Assembly (NCBI GenBank): GCA_021636625.1
Contig: JAJWLX010000004.1
Span: 48,004 to 112,003 of the forward strand
From: Prevotella sp.
GTDB taxonomy: Bacteria; Bacteroidota; Bacteroidia; Bacteroidales; Bacteroidaceae
Direction: 5' to 3'
DNA length: 64,000 nucleotides
Notes under the pieces: model-generated
What the model was told of the DNA's origin: nothing
Seen by the model: the letters and a program-made list of their open reading frames with translations, nothing else
The model's database searches: none
In this document: positions 49,874 through 60,245 of the stretch, in pieces
How the letters are laid out: the number at the start of each line of letters is the position of its first letter
Numbering within the stretch: position 1 is the stretch's first letter
Made by a program: the position numbers and the translations under genes

Positions 49874-52345
49874 CTAGATCTTGATGCTGTCATCATTGGT
49901 ATTGTTGCTGAACAAACCATAGGAACCGAAAGAATGGTTGCCGATTTTGCTGTATTTGCCAAATCCGTAACTGTATGCGAACTTCTTCTTGGAGAGGTCG
50001 ATATCGTTGATTACGATTGAGATATTTGGCAGTTTCTTCTGCTCATCGAGCTTGTTGATGTAAGTGAAGCTAGACTTGGTTGAGAAGTCTGCGCGGCAAA
50101 CGAACAGGGTTCTGTCTGCCAGCTTGCTGAGCTGCAGGCTATCTGCTACCAGTCCTACAGGCGCTGTATCGATGATAACATAGTCGTAGTGCTCTTTCAG
50201 CAGAGCGATGGTCTGCTTCAGACTCTTTCTAACCATCAGTTCACCAGGGTTGGCTGGTGTAGGACCTGCCATCAGCAAGTCGAAGTTGTGGTTCACGCCA
50301 GATGCAACGATCTGAGCCTTTACTTCCTCCCAGTTGCATTCCTCATTGGTAAGGATGTTGGTGATGCCGTGCTGGCGGTCGCTGATGCCGAAGAGCTCAG
50401 CCATTCTAGGCTTTCTGATATCGAGTCCAACCATGATGGTCTTCTTCTCCAGCAGAGCGAGGCTCATGGCAAGGTTAGAAGCAATGAAGGTCTTACCTTC
50501 TCCGGTTGTGGTAGAGGTCACGATGAATACCTTTTCCTTGTCGTCACCTGCCAGTTGCAGGTTGGTACGCAATCCTCTGAAGATTTCCGACATCAGGTTG
50601 CTCTTGTTTTCCTGTATCACGATGCTGCCCTTGCTTCCGTTGGCGCTGGCAGTTGGGATGTCTCCGACGATAGGGAGCTGTGTCAGTTTCTCTACATCGT
50701 CGTGACCCAGAATCTTGCTGCGCAGCAGTTCGCGCAGGTAGATGATACCGGCAGGGATGGCTGCACCCAGGATGAATGCGATGAGCAATGCGATGATTCC
50801 CTTAGGACTTACCTTATCTACGAAGGCTGCAGGCTCGATGATCTTTGCCTTGTCGGCGGTAGATGCCAGCGACATGGAAGTTTCCTCACGCTTCTGCAGC
50901 AGCATCAGGTAAAGACCTGAGGTAACCGACTGCTGACGGCCGATCTGTGTCAATGCCTTCTCCTGTTCTGGAGTCACACCGATGGTCTTCTCGTATTTGC
51001 TAGCCATGTCAGCGATGCTGTTACGCTGGATCTTCATATTGATTCGTGCCTGGAGCATAGCTCGCTTGATGGCAGTCATCAGGTCTTCCAACTGTGCTGT
51101 GATAGGGGTTACCACTGGCGAATCTTCGCTCGCACTATGGAGCAGCTGTTTGCGGGTCAGGGCAAGGCTGTTGTATTGTCCGATCAATGCCGTAGCACTC
51201 TCGTCCTCCAGACCTACGTTGGTAGGGATAGGCTGATACTTGTTGGCTGGCTGATCCATATACTTACCGATCTCGTTGAGCAGTTCCACCTGCATGTTGG
51301 CCTTGTTCAACTCCTGGTCAAATTGGTCGGAACTCAATACAGCCTGCTTGGCGTTCAGTCCGATATCCACCATACGGTTCTTCTGCTTGTACTTCTCCAG
51401 GTTGGTATCGTTTCCGGTCAACTCTGTAGAGATCTTTGCCAGTCGGCTGTTGATGAAGTCTTCCGTGCGCTTCTGAATCTCGTTCTTATCTATATTAGCC
51501 TGATAGTTGTAGGCATCAATCAGACCATTGAGGAAGTCAACGCCTCTTTCTCTGCTCTCATCATTGAAGGTCAGCTCAATGGTGTTTGCCGTCTTCTTGG
51601 TCTGGTTCATAGTCAGACGCTTGAAGTATTCCTTTGAAGCCTTGAAAGGAGAAATCATCTCCACCTTCAGCTCTGTACCTTCCTTCAGTTCATAGCCGAG
51701 GTTCTGTGTCAGGGTCAGTGTACCCGCCTTGGTTCTGATCTGTGCCGGGAGTTTGGCGAGGGTCTTGTTGATTTCATAAGGTGCCTTCTCGAAGGTTTCT
51801 GCATCAATAGGCTTGAAATACTTGCCCTTTACGTGATAGATGCCTCCCTCACGGGTGATGGTCAGCTTCATCGGAGCATTCAGCTGTTTCAGACTGGTGG
51901 TGTCCATATCCACGTTTACTTCCTGCTTGCTGTAGATCAGTGTATCTACCAGCATGCCGCCGTGCCTGTACTCAGCATAGAGCTTCAGGTTCTTGATGGT
52001 CTGCTGTACCAGGTAGCGTGAGTTCAGAATTTCCGACTCGTTGTCGATACCGTTGGAACTGGACATGAAACCCAGACTCAGGTTCGACATCGCTGCAGCC
52101 GCTGCACCGGCAGCACCGCCGCTCTTCTTGGATTCATCATCCTTGATCAAAATCTTCGTAGAACTCTGGAATACCTTTGGTGCCAGTTTCACGTAAGCCA
52201 CGGCAAGGGCACAGCAGAGAACAATCGAGAGAAGGAACCATTTCCAGTTCAGGATCAGAGTGGAATAGATGGTCTGAAAGTCGAGTGCCGACTGTTCCTC
52301 TTGATTCTGCACGTTTTCCAATTCTAAATTCTTGTTTTCTTCCAT
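49874..52345 (-). CDS. polysaccharide biosynthesis tyrosine autokinase (Wzc-like; GNVR plus P-loop kinase)
   Basis: Chain-length determinant N-domain with 2 TM segments. Walker A VTSTTTGEGKTFIASNLA. 823 aa. Confidence 0.85.
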   Translation of the reverse strand: MEENKNLELENVQNQEEQSALDFQTIYSTLILNWKWFLLSIVLCCALAVAYVKLAPKVFQSSTKILIKDDESKKSGGAAGAAAAAMSNLSLGFMSSSNGIDNESEILNSRYLVQQTIKNLKLYAEYRHGGMLVDTLIYSKQEVNVDMDTTSLKQLNAPMKLTITREGGIYHVKGKYFKPIDAETFEKAPYEINKTLAKLPAQIRTKAGTLTLTQNLGYELKEGTELKVEMISPFKASKEYFKRLTMNQTKKTANTIELTFNDESRERGVDFLNGLIDAYNYQANIDKNEIQKRTEDFINSRLAKISTELTGNDTNLEKYKQKNRMVDIGLNAKQAVLSSDQFDQELNKANMQVELLNEIGKYMDQPANKYQPIPTNVGLEDESATALIGQYNSLALTRKQLLHSASEDSPVVTPITAQLEDLMTAIKRAMLQARINMKIQRNSIADMASKYEKTIGVTPEQEKALTQIGRQQSVTSGLYLMLLQKREETSMSLASTADKAKIIEPAAFVDKVSPKGIIALLIAFILGAAIPAGIIYLRELLRSKILGHDDVEKLTQLPIVGDIPTASANGSKGSIVIQENKSNLMSEIFRGLRTNLQLAGDDKEKVFIVTSTTTGEGKTFIASNLAMSLALLEKKTIMVGLDIRKPRMAELFGISDRQHGITNILTNEECNWEEVKAQIVASGVNHNFDLLMAGPTPANPGELMVRKSLKQTIALLKEHYDYVIIDTAPVGLVADSLQLSKLADRTLFVCRADFSTKSSFTYINKLDEQKKLPNISIVINDIDLSKKKFAYSYGFGKYSKIGNHSFGSYGLFSNNTNDDSIKI

Positions 52346-52407
52346 TATTTTAATGTTATTATTTTGCGTTGAATTTGTATATGAATGAATTCTCAGGTAC
52401 CAGTTTC

Positions 52408-53283
52408 TTATAAGTTCTTAGCGAGGGCCATCAGATACTGTCCGTATCCGTTTTTGAGCATCGGTTCTGCCAGTTTCTTCAGCTGTTCCTTGCCGATCCA
52501 TCCCTGGTTGTAGGCTATCTCTTCCAGGCAGGCTATCTTCAGTCCCTGGCGCTTCTCTATTACCTCAATGAAGGTGCTGGCTTCCGAAAGACTGTCGTGA
52601 GTACCGGTGTCCAGCCAGGCAAAACCGCGCTGCAGGGTTCTTACCTTCAGGGTCTTCTCTGCCAGATAGTGCTGGTTCACTGTGGTAATCTCCAGCTCTC
52701 CGCGCGCACTAGGCTTGATGTGCTTCGCCACTTCCACCACGCTGTTCGGATAGAAGTAGAGTCCCACCACGGCATAGTTGCTCTTAGGCTGTGCCGGCTT
52801 CTCCTCGATGCTCAGGCAGTTGCCGTCCTTGTCAAACTCCGCCACGCCGTATCTTTCCGGATCGTTCACGTAGTAGCCGAATACGCTTGCCTGTCCCTCT
52901 TCGGCAGCCTTCACGCTCTCCTTCAGCAGTCCGGTGAATCCTGCTCCGTAGAAGATGTTGTCGCCCAGCACGAGGCAGACATCATCCTTTCCTATGAATT
53001 TCTCGCCTATGATGAACGCCTGAGCCAGTCCGTCGGGCGAAGGCTGTTCTGCATACTCGAAGTGAACCCCCAGTTCGCTTCCGTCGCCCAGCAGTCTCTT
53101 GAATCCAGGCAGGTCGAAAGGCGTAGAGATAATCAGAATCTCCTTGATACCAGCCAGCATCAGTACCGATACGGGATAATATATCATAGGCTTGTCAAAG
53201 ATAGGAATCAGCTGCTTGCTGATGCCCTTGGTGATGGGGTACAGTCTGGTGCCCGAACCACCTGCTAATACGATTCCTTTCAT
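52408..53283 (-). CDS. rfbA: glucose-1-phosphate thymidylyltransferase
   Basis: [37 protein letters not shown]. Confidence 0.95.
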   Translation of the reverse strand: MKGIVLAGGSGTRLYPITKGISKQLIPIFDKPMIYYPVSVLMLAGIKEILIISTPFDLPGFKRLLGDGSELGVHFEYAEQPSPDGLAQAFIIGEKFIGKDDVCLVLGDNIFYGAGFTGLLKESVKAAEEGQASVFGYYVNDPERYGVAEFDKDGNCLSIEEKPAQPKSNYAVVGLYFYPNSVVEVAKHIKPSARGELEITTVNQHYLAEKTLKVRTLQRGFAWLDTGTHDSLSEASTFIEVIEKRQGLKIACLEEIAYNQGWIGKEQLKKLAEPMLKNGYGQYLMALAKNL

Positions 53284-53581
53284 ATCTTCTTCTTCTTTAT
53301 TTCTTTTTATGGTAAAAGTTCTTATTATACCTTTTTAATTTTATATGTTGCACATTCCACAGTCAGTACAGTCTCTGTGCGGAACTGAAAAAACGTCTTT
53401 AAAAACGTGGCAAAGTTACTAAAAAATATTGAGCGGTGAAAATAATCAGCCTAAAATCTTCATATAATATAGGAAAAATATACTTTAAGGGAAAAAAACT
53501 ACCTCTTAATTTGTGTATTTTGTGATTTTATTGTATTTTTGCAGAACATTTCAGAACATTAATGAATAAATAAGATTAAGA

Positions 53582-54232
53582 ATGGGAATATTTTCTAAAC
53601 TATTCAGTCGTAAAGACGAAGATAAGAAAGTAGGTGGAATGGAAGACTACATGACCTTGGTCCGTGTATATTTCCAGGCTGCCTTGGCTTCACAATTAGG
53701 TATCACCAATCTGGCTATGCTTCCAGATCTCCGTGTCTTCAAGACCAGCCTCCATGTTCCTACCGTCAACAACCGTCTGGGCATCGGCGAGAAGGCACAG
53801 GTCAAGAAGATGATGAAGAACCTCTATGATACCGATGATAACTTTTTCAAGGAGATTGATGCCAGCATCCGCAAGAACTGCCAGAAGCTCCAGGATGTCA
53901 ACACCTATCTCATCCAGTTCCAGAATTTCACCCAGGATCTGATGATGCTCATGGGCAACCTGATGAAGTTCAAGCTCCGTCTGCCAAGCTTCATGAAGAA
54001 GACCCTCTATAAGCTCACTGCACAGACCGTGGACGATATCTTCAACAAGAACGATTTCTCTGATGCCAGCGTACTGAAGACCGTGGTTGGCTTGCGCCAC
54101 TTCAACATCCGTCTGAAGTTCAGCCAGCAGTGGGTTACCGATTTCACCTTCCAGGTACTGATGTTGGCTAAGAAGGAGCCACGTCCATCCGATGAAGATG
54201 TGGAAAAGGCAAAGCAAAAGATGGGAAAGTAG
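53582..54232 (+). CDS. hypothetical protein (216 aa)
   Basis: ORF with an upstream -7 box tgTAttTTTGcag. No family recognised. Confidence 0.5.
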   Translation: MGIFSKLFSRKDEDKKVGGMEDYMTLVRVYFQAALASQLGITNLAMLPDLRVFKTSLHVPTVNNRLGIGEKAQVKKMMKNLYDTDDNFFKEIDASIRKNCQKLQDVNTYLIQFQNFTQDLMMLMGNLMKFKLRLPSFMKKTLYKLTAQTVDDIFNKNDFSDASVLKTVVGLRHFNIRLKFSQQWVTDFTFQVLMLAKKEPRPSDEDVEKAKQKMGK

Positions 54233-54323
54233 CCAATATTCTCCCTAAAAGATAAAAAAAACAAGAGAATATTTGTTTTTTTCAAATTATTCTCTTAAAT
54301 TTGTAGCCAAAAAATAAAAAGTC

Positions 54324-54617
54324 ATGAGTGCTAGTGAGAAAACAATCAATACGTTTGCCACAAGAGTAAGGCAGATGATTCTCAAGTTTGAAGATATCAA
54401 GCATGAGAATGCTGAGCTGTATGCAATGGTGGATGAACGCGATGCCAAGATCAAGGAATTGCAGGAGAAGTTGACTCAGGCAAAGCATGATTACGACAGT
54501 CTGAAGATGGCGAAGATGATGACGATTTCCGACTCCGACATGGAGACCACCCAGAAGCGCATCGCCAAGCTCATCAGAGATGTCAACAAGTGTATAACGC
54601 TACTGAGCGACAAGTAA
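54324..54617 (+). CDS. coiled-coil protein (ZapB-like?) upstream of zapA
   Basis: Heptad-rich 97-aa protein. Conserved position ahead of zapA-rny. Confidence 0.4.
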   Translation: MSASEKTINTFATRVRQMILKFEDIKHENAELYAMVDERDAKIKELQEKLTQAKHDYDSLKMAKMMTISDSDMETTQKRIAKLIRDVNKCITLLSDK

Positions 54618-54643
54618 TAACTATTGGAGCGGAGGCAGATCAG

Positions 54644-54934
54644 ATGGAAGATAAATTACAGATCAGATTACATGTATATGATACCGACCTCACGGTAAGA
54701 ATACCGAGAGAGGATGAGGAGTATTATCGTAAGTCGGCTAAGTTGATCGATGAGATCGTCAATTCGTATGCAAAAATCTTCAAGGGGCGCAAGAGCGACA
54801 AGGAGATTTTGTATATGGCTCTCATCGACGTGGCTTTGAGATTCGAGAAGGAATCAGATAAAAATGATACCCAACCATATAATGATATTCTGGACAAACT
54901 GACTGCGGAGATAGAAGATACCTTGGCTAAGTAA
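54644..54934 (+). CDS. zapA: cell division protein ZapA-like
   Basis: About 96 aa ([37 protein letters not shown]). Immediately precedes rny, as is typical in Bacteroidota. Confidence 0.6.
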   Translation: MEDKLQIRLHVYDTDLTVRIPREDEEYYRKSAKLIDEIVNSYAKIFKGRKSDKEILYMALIDVALRFEKESDKNDTQPYNDILDKLTAEIEDTLAK

Positions 54935-54959
54935 GAATATTAATAATTATAATATATAT

Positions 54960-56492
54960 ATGGTAACAATAATAGCGGCCCTGGTAGCTCTCGTGTTGGG
55001 AGGTATCGTAGGGTATGTCATTTTCCGTTATGTCATTAAGGGAAAATATAATGAAATGATAGATGCTGCCAACAAAGAGGCAGAAGTAGTAAAGGAGAAA
55101 AAGCTTCTCGAAGTAAAGGAGAAGTTCCTCAATAAGAAAGCCGAGTTGGAGAAGGAGGTGCAGCAGCGCAACTCCCGCATCCAGCAGAGTGAAAACAAGC
55201 TCAAGCAGCGCGAAATCTCGCTCAACCAGCGACAGGAAGACCTCGGTCGCCGCAAGCAGGAGGTAGAGCAGTATCAGCAGCGCATCGACAATGAGAAGAA
55301 GCTCCTCGCCGTGAAGCAGCAGGAACTCGAGAAGATGCAGAAGCAGGAGCAGGCTAAGCTCGAAGAGCTTTCCGGTCTTAGCGCCGAGGAGGCGAAGAGC
55401 CGCTTGGTAGAGAGTCTGAAGGATCAGGCTCGTCTTGATGCAGCCAGCTACATCAATGAGATCATGGATGATGCCAAGCTCAATGCCAATCAGCAGGCTA
55501 AGAAGATCGTGATCCAGACCATCCAGCGTGTGGCTACCGAGACAGCTATCGAGAACTCTGTCTCTGTATTCCATATTGATAATGATGAGGTCAAGGGACG
55601 CATCATCGGTCGTGAAGGCCGCAACATCCGTGCCCTCGAGGCAGCCACTGGTGTGGAAATCGTGGTAGATGATACTCCTGAGGCTATCGTTATCTCAGCC
55701 TTCGACCCTGTGCGCCGTGAGGTTTGCCGTCTGGCTCTCCATCAGTTGGTAGCCGATGGCCGTATCCACCCAGCCCGTATCGAGGAGGTGGTAGCCAAGG
55801 TGAAGAAGCAGTTGGATAATGAGATCATCGAGACCGGTAAGCGTACAGCCATCGACCTCGGTATCCATGGTCTGCATCCAGAGCTCATCCGTATCATCGG
55901 TAAGATGAAGTACCGTTCATCTTATGGTCAGAACCTCTTGCAGCATGCGCGCGAAACTGCCAATCTCTGTGCTGTGATGGCTTCTGAGCTGGGCTTGAAC
56001 CCAAAGAAGGCAAAGCGTGCCGGTCTGTTGCACGATATCGGTAAGGTGCCAGACGAGGAGAGCGAGTTGCCACACGCACTCTATGGTGCCAAGATTGCTG
56101 AGAAGTACAAGGAGAAGGCAGATATCTGCAATGCCATCGGTGCTCACCACGACGAGATGGAGATGAACACCCTTCTGGCTCCTATCGTACAGGTATGTGA
56201 TGCCATCTCAGGTGCCCGTCCTGGTGCCCGCCGTGAGATTGTAGAGGCATATATCAAGCGATTGAACGATCTTGAGGCTATCGCCATGAGCTATCCTGGC
56301 GTTACCAAGACCTATGCCATCCAGGCAGGTCGTGAGCTTCGTGTCATCGTGGGTGCCGACAAGATGAGCGATGAGCAGAGTATCAAGCTCTCTGATGAGA
56401 TTGCAACCAAGATTCAGAACGAGATGACCTATCCGGGTCAGGTGAAGATCACCGTGATTCGTGAGACTCGCAGTGTAGCTTACGCTAAGTAA
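54960..56492 (+). CDS. rny: ribonuclease Y
   Basis: N-terminal TM segment, coiled coil, KH domain and an HD domain with GLLHDIGK. Confidence 0.95.
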   Translation: MVTIIAALVALVLGGIVGYVIFRYVIKGKYNEMIDAANKEAEVVKEKKLLEVKEKFLNKKAELEKEVQQRNSRIQQSENKLKQREISLNQRQEDLGRRKQEVEQYQQRIDNEKKLLAVKQQELEKMQKQEQAKLEELSGLSAEEAKSRLVESLKDQARLDAASYINEIMDDAKLNANQQAKKIVIQTIQRVATETAIENSVSVFHIDNDEVKGRIIGREGRNIRALEAATGVEIVVDDTPEAIVISAFDPVRREVCRLALHQLVADGRIHPARIEEVVAKVKKQLDNEIIETGKRTAIDLGIHGLHPELIRIIGKMKYRSSYGQNLLQHARETANLCAVMASELGLNPKKAKRAGLLHDIGKVPDEESELPHALYGAKIAEKYKEKADICNAIGAHHDEMEMNTLLAPIVQVCDAISGARPGARREIVEAYIKRLNDLEAIAMSYPGVTKTYAIQAGRELRVIVGADKMSDEQSIKLSDEIATKIQNEMTYPGQVKITVIRETRSVAYAK

Positions 56493-56653
56493 GAAGGAAG
56501 CAAGCGATAAAACGCGTTTTCATATATTCGAAGTTTAAATTGTCGTTTCTCTCCTTCATAGGATGAGGAATGTATTTGATAAAGTCGCTGTTCTCTAGGG
56601 GACAGCGGCTTTTTTCTTTCATATCATGTACGGCTATATTTATATAATATAAT

Positions 56654-57352
56654 GTGATGAAAGCAGAACAGAAGATTTTAAAGCGATTCAATAAAGGATG
56701 CGTGGATTATCACCTTTTGGAGGATGGTGACCGGATTCTCATTGCCTTGAGCGGCGGAAAGGATTCCCTGGAACTGTTGCGCCTCTTGGCGCAGCGTGCC
56801 CACATCTATAAGCCGCATATCGAGGTAGAGGCGGCGCATATCATCATGGATAACATTCCTTACGAGACCGACCGTTCTTATCTGCAGGCATTTTGTGCAG
56901 AGAATGGCATCAAACTTCATATCCTGCATAGTTCTTTCGATGAATCCACCGATCCCCGCAAGACCCGTTGTTTCCTCTGTGCATGGAACCGCCGCAAGAC
57001 TCTTTTCGAGTTTGCAGTAACTCAAGGGTTCAATAAGATAGCCCTGGGTCATCACATGGATGATATCCTCGTTACTTTCCTGATGAATATCACCTTCGAG
57101 GGTTCTGCCTCCACGATGCTTCCTAGTCTGCGGTTGAAGCATTATCCGCTCACCATCATCCGTCCCCTCTGTCTGGTTCATGAGAAGGATATCCGGGAGG
57201 TGGCAGAAGAGTTGCAATTTACGAAGCAGAAGGCGCTGTGTCCGTACGAGGAGACCACGCGCCGCAGTGATATGCAGCAGATCTTCCAGCAGCTGGAACA
57301 GCTGAATCCCGAGGCGAGATACAGTCTTTGGCGGGCGATGATGAATAAGTGA
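56654..57352 (+). CDS. ttcA: tRNA 2-thiocytidine biosynthesis protein TtcA-like PP-loop ATPase
   Basis: PP-loop ALSGGKDS. Conserved Cys residues. 232 aa. Confidence 0.75.
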   Translation: MMKAEQKILKRFNKGCVDYHLLEDGDRILIALSGGKDSLELLRLLAQRAHIYKPHIEVEAAHIIMDNIPYETDRSYLQAFCAENGIKLHILHSSFDESTDPRKTRCFLCAWNRRKTLFEFAVTQGFNKIALGHHMDDILVTFLMNITFEGSASTMLPSLRLKHYPLTIIRPLCLVHEKDIREVAEELQFTKQKALCPYEETTRRSDMQQIFQQLEQLNPEARYSLWRAMMNK

Positions 57353-57406
57353 TTTAATCCGTGAAACAGGTATGCATCTGTGTAAATCTGTGAAATCTGT
57401 GGGAAA

Positions 57407-58390
57407 CTAGCTTGCCGCTAAGCCCCTGAGCTGATAGTTCAGCAGATGGGTGGCGCTGGATAGCATCTGGTTCGTGATATGCGCATATCGCTGCGTGGTG
57501 TTGATGCTCTGATGCCCCAGATACCTCATGATGGTATAGATATCCGTGCCCTGCGTCAATAATAGGGTGGCGCAGGTGTGGCGGCCCGAATGGAAGGTGA
57601 TATGCTTGTCAGAGATACAGCAGTCTTCCAGCCATACTTCCAGATGCTCGCCCAGATGATGGGGGGAAAGATGAGCGAAGAAGTAGGGGGTATCACCATT
57701 CTTGGCATGGAGCTTCGAGAGGATATGGTGCGCCTCTTCCGGCAGCGGAAGCCGGAGCCAGCGTTGCGTCTTCTTCATCTTCTTATATATATAATAGGTG
57801 TCATTGCATTTTTCTATGTCGTTTATCGATAAGCTCAGGATATCGCTTTTCCTCAGTCCCGTGATGCAGCTTAGCAGGAATGCCTCCTTCAGCTCGGGAG
57901 TATTACAGGGTGTTTCGCTCAGCTTGATGAGTTCCTCCTGGGTCAGCGCAGTTCTTTCCCTGTACTGGGCTTTGACGCGATAGGAATGGGGCAGCAGGTC
58001 GAATGGGTTCTGATCCAGCAATCCCTGTCTCACGGCTTCCCTCAATACCGATTTCAGGATATTCACCTTCAGATGGATGGTGCTGTCGGATAGTTTTCCG
58101 GGTGTCTTCATGTTTTTATGCAGGTCGTGGGCTGATCGAAGGTAGTCGATAAACTGCTTGACGGTTTCCACATCCACCTTTTTCAGCGGGATGTTGCTTC
58201 CGCCGAAGGTCTCCAGGTGCTTCAGCATGCCCAGTACGCTGCCGCATCTTCCCTCATATATTTTCTCTCCTTCCTTGCGTCTTTCATCCGCATAGCTTCG
58301 GGTAAACTCTCCTAATGTAATACCTTTTGATTTCTTACGTGCGTCTGCTGCGAATTTCTTGATTCGGCTAAAGATGGTAATCTTCATCAT
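57407..58390 (-). CDS. tyrosine-type site-specific recombinase
   Basis: C-terminal catalytic block HSGRHTCATLLLTQGTDIYTIMRYLGHQSINTTQRYAHI. Start reassigned to MMKITIFSRIKKF. Confidence 0.85.
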   Translation of the reverse strand: MMKITIFSRIKKFAADARKKSKGITLGEFTRSYADERRKEGEKIYEGRCGSVLGMLKHLETFGGSNIPLKKVDVETVKQFIDYLRSAHDLHKNMKTPGKLSDSTIHLKVNILKSVLREAVRQGLLDQNPFDLLPHSYRVKAQYRERTALTQEELIKLSETPCNTPELKEAFLLSCITGLRKSDILSLSINDIEKCNDTYYIYKKMKKTQRWLRLPLPEEAHHILSKLHAKNGDTPYFFAHLSPHHLGEHLEVWLEDCCISDKHITFHSGRHTCATLLLTQGTDIYTIMRYLGHQSINTTQRYAHITNQMLSSATHLLNYQLRGLAAS

Positions 58391-58506
58391 TTCGTTTCTT
58401 GTTAAAAAAATGCTTTTTGGGTTATTAAAGTTACAAAGGTATCGCTTTTTTCTAGAATAACCAAACAAAAGGAAGAAAAGGAATGTAAAAAGCGTGATTT
58501 TGTGCA

Positions 58507-58726
58507 ACAGTTGTACGTTAACTTTAGCGCTGCAAAGGTAGTACAATTTATTCAATTCGCAATAAATTCAAACTCTCTTTTAATGTTTATTAATAAATTA
58601 TAGTCAATATTTCTTATTTTGTGGTCAAAAACGGTATATTTGTGCAATTTTAGCTAAAGCAAACAACACTAAAAAGACTTTTTTAGGATTTATTTCAGTC
58701 ATCTGATACAGTTAACGTACAACTGT
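58507..58726. promoter_or_regulatory. candidate invertible promoter segment (about 204 bp) bounded by inverted 16-bp recombinase core sites, with an internal TAtaTTTG -7 box at 58635-58642 facing the fimbrial operon
   Basis: ACAGTTGTACGTTAAC at 58507-58522 is the exact reverse complement of GTTAACGTACAACTGT at 58711-58726. The right-hand site extends to the arm-spacer-arm form GATACAGTT-AACGTAC-AACTGTATC. A third copy in direct orientation lies at 58757-58772. Confidence 0.55.
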
Positions 58727-58943
58727 ATCGCAGTAAACGTGGCCTTTCGCTACAGTTAACGTACAACTGTATCAGTTCGTACGGTTAGAAGACATAAGGT
58801 AAAACCAACTCAAAATATCATAGCAGCAGTAAATGATAATTGGTACCTTTAATAACGAAACTGTAATAAAACCCAAGTCTATCTTTTTTATAAAAGAAGA
58901 CAGGTAATAAACTCAAAGTATATAAATATTTAATGATATAAGT

Positions 58944-60245
58944 ATGGTAAAGAAAATAGTTATGGTGATGCTATTGCCCACTACGATCATGGCACATGCA
59001 TACGCCGGCTCGGCAAACGATACCCTGCGGACAAAGGTATATTACCAGACAGGCAATTCGTTAGTTGATCTTTCCTTTATGGATAATGCGGCGAACCTGA
59101 AAAGGCTCAAAGATGGAATCAAAAGTCTGACCGACAATCCAAATGTAGAGTTGAGGAATATCAAGATTCGCACCGCTACATCCCCTGAAGGAAATCCTGC
59201 CTTCAATAAAAAGCTGGCTAGAAAACGTGGGGAATCATTGCGTGATTACCTCAAGCAAAATCTCGCACTTTCTGACGATATGTTCATCATATCTGATGTT
59301 GGTGAAGACTGGGAAGGGCTGACACAGATGATTGCCGAGGAAGACCTGCCATGGGCAAACCGGGCGATACATATTATTCAAAATACGCCGGAGTGGATTT
59401 TCAGAAACAGAAGAATCGTTGACGGAAGAAAGCGACAGCTTCAGAACCTATATGGCGGTAGAGCATGGAAGTATATGCTCGCTAACTATTTCGGTAGTCT
59501 CCGCGCTGCAACCGTCATCGTTTGTGAAGTTACCAGCAATCCTCCTGCTGCACAGCCTGCTGTACCACCAGCAGCATCGCCGGTTGAACCGTCTCCAGCG
59601 CCGTCTCCAGAAAACAAAGTGGATACCATTGTAGCACCACCGGAAATCAAGGTGGATACCATAATTGAAAAGAAGGTAGAAATCGTAAAACCCAATAAGT
59701 ATTATGCTTTGAAAACCAATCTCCTGTATGATGCTCTCTTTGTTCCTAATATTGGAATCGAAACTAACGTAGGAGGGGGATGGACTCTGGGTGCCAGCGG
59801 TATGTTGGCATGGTGGAGCAAGGATGCAAGCCACAAATACTGGCGTATCTACGGCGGAGAGCTGGACGTGAATAAGTATTTCGGTGCAAAAGCGAAGGAA
59901 AAACCGCTGCAGGGACATCATGTCTCGCTCTATGGACAGTTCCTCTCCTATGATATAGAAAGAGGTGGTACTGGATATCAGGGCAAGCAGGCCTTCGGGG
60001 TTGGATTGGGGTATGGATATTCACTCCCGATAGGCAGACGCCTGAACCTTGATTTCGGACTGGGAATTGGATACTTTTACTCCCGGTATAAAACGTATGA
60101 GCCGCTTGATGGCTGCTACGTTTATCAGGAAACCAAGGAGCGCCAATGGATAGGACCTACCCGTGCTTCAGTATCACTGGTATGGCTGCTGGGTAATGGA
60201 AACGAAAACAGTAAGAAAGCAAAAAAGGAGGTGAAAAATGACTAG
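58944..60245 (+). CDS. DUF3575-family outer-membrane protein, first gene of a type V pilus locus
   Basis: Signal peptide. OmpA-like beta-barrel segment YYALKTNLLYDALFVPNIGIETNVGGGWTLGASG. Confidence 0.65.
   Translation: MVKKIVMVMLLPTTIMAHAYAGSANDTLRTKVYYQTGNSLVDLSFMDNAANLKRLKDGIKSLTDNPNVELRNIKIRTATSPEGNPAFNKKLARKRGESLRDYLKQNLALSDDMFIISDVGEDWEGLTQMIAEEDLPWANRAIHIIQNTPEWIFRNRRIVDGRKRQLQNLYGGRAWKYMLANYFGSLRAATVIVCEVTSNPPAAQPAVPPAASPVEPSPAPSPENKVDTIVAPPEIKVDTIIEKKVEIVKPNKYYALKTNLLYDALFVPNIGIETNVGGGWTLGASGMLAWWSKDASHKYWRIYGGELDVNKYFGAKAKEKPLQGHHVSLYGQFLSYDIERGGTGYQGKQAFGVGLGYGYSLPIGRRLNLDFGLGIGYFYSRYKTYEPLDGCYVYQETKERQWIGPTRASVSLVWLLGNGNENSKKAKKEVKND

Noticed and set aside
58391-58555. N-terminal extension of the integrase ORF
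   Set aside because: The upstream segment is AT-rich and hydrophobic-looking. The MMKITIFSRIKKF start fits integrase N-termini, and a minus-strand -7 box lies just upstream of it.
57353-58943. tRNA gene as an integration target next to the tyrosine recombinase
   Set aside because: Scanned for T-loop (GGTTCGAATCC-like) and acceptor-stem patterns around the integrase, and none were found. The inverted-repeat geometry instead favours an inversion switch.
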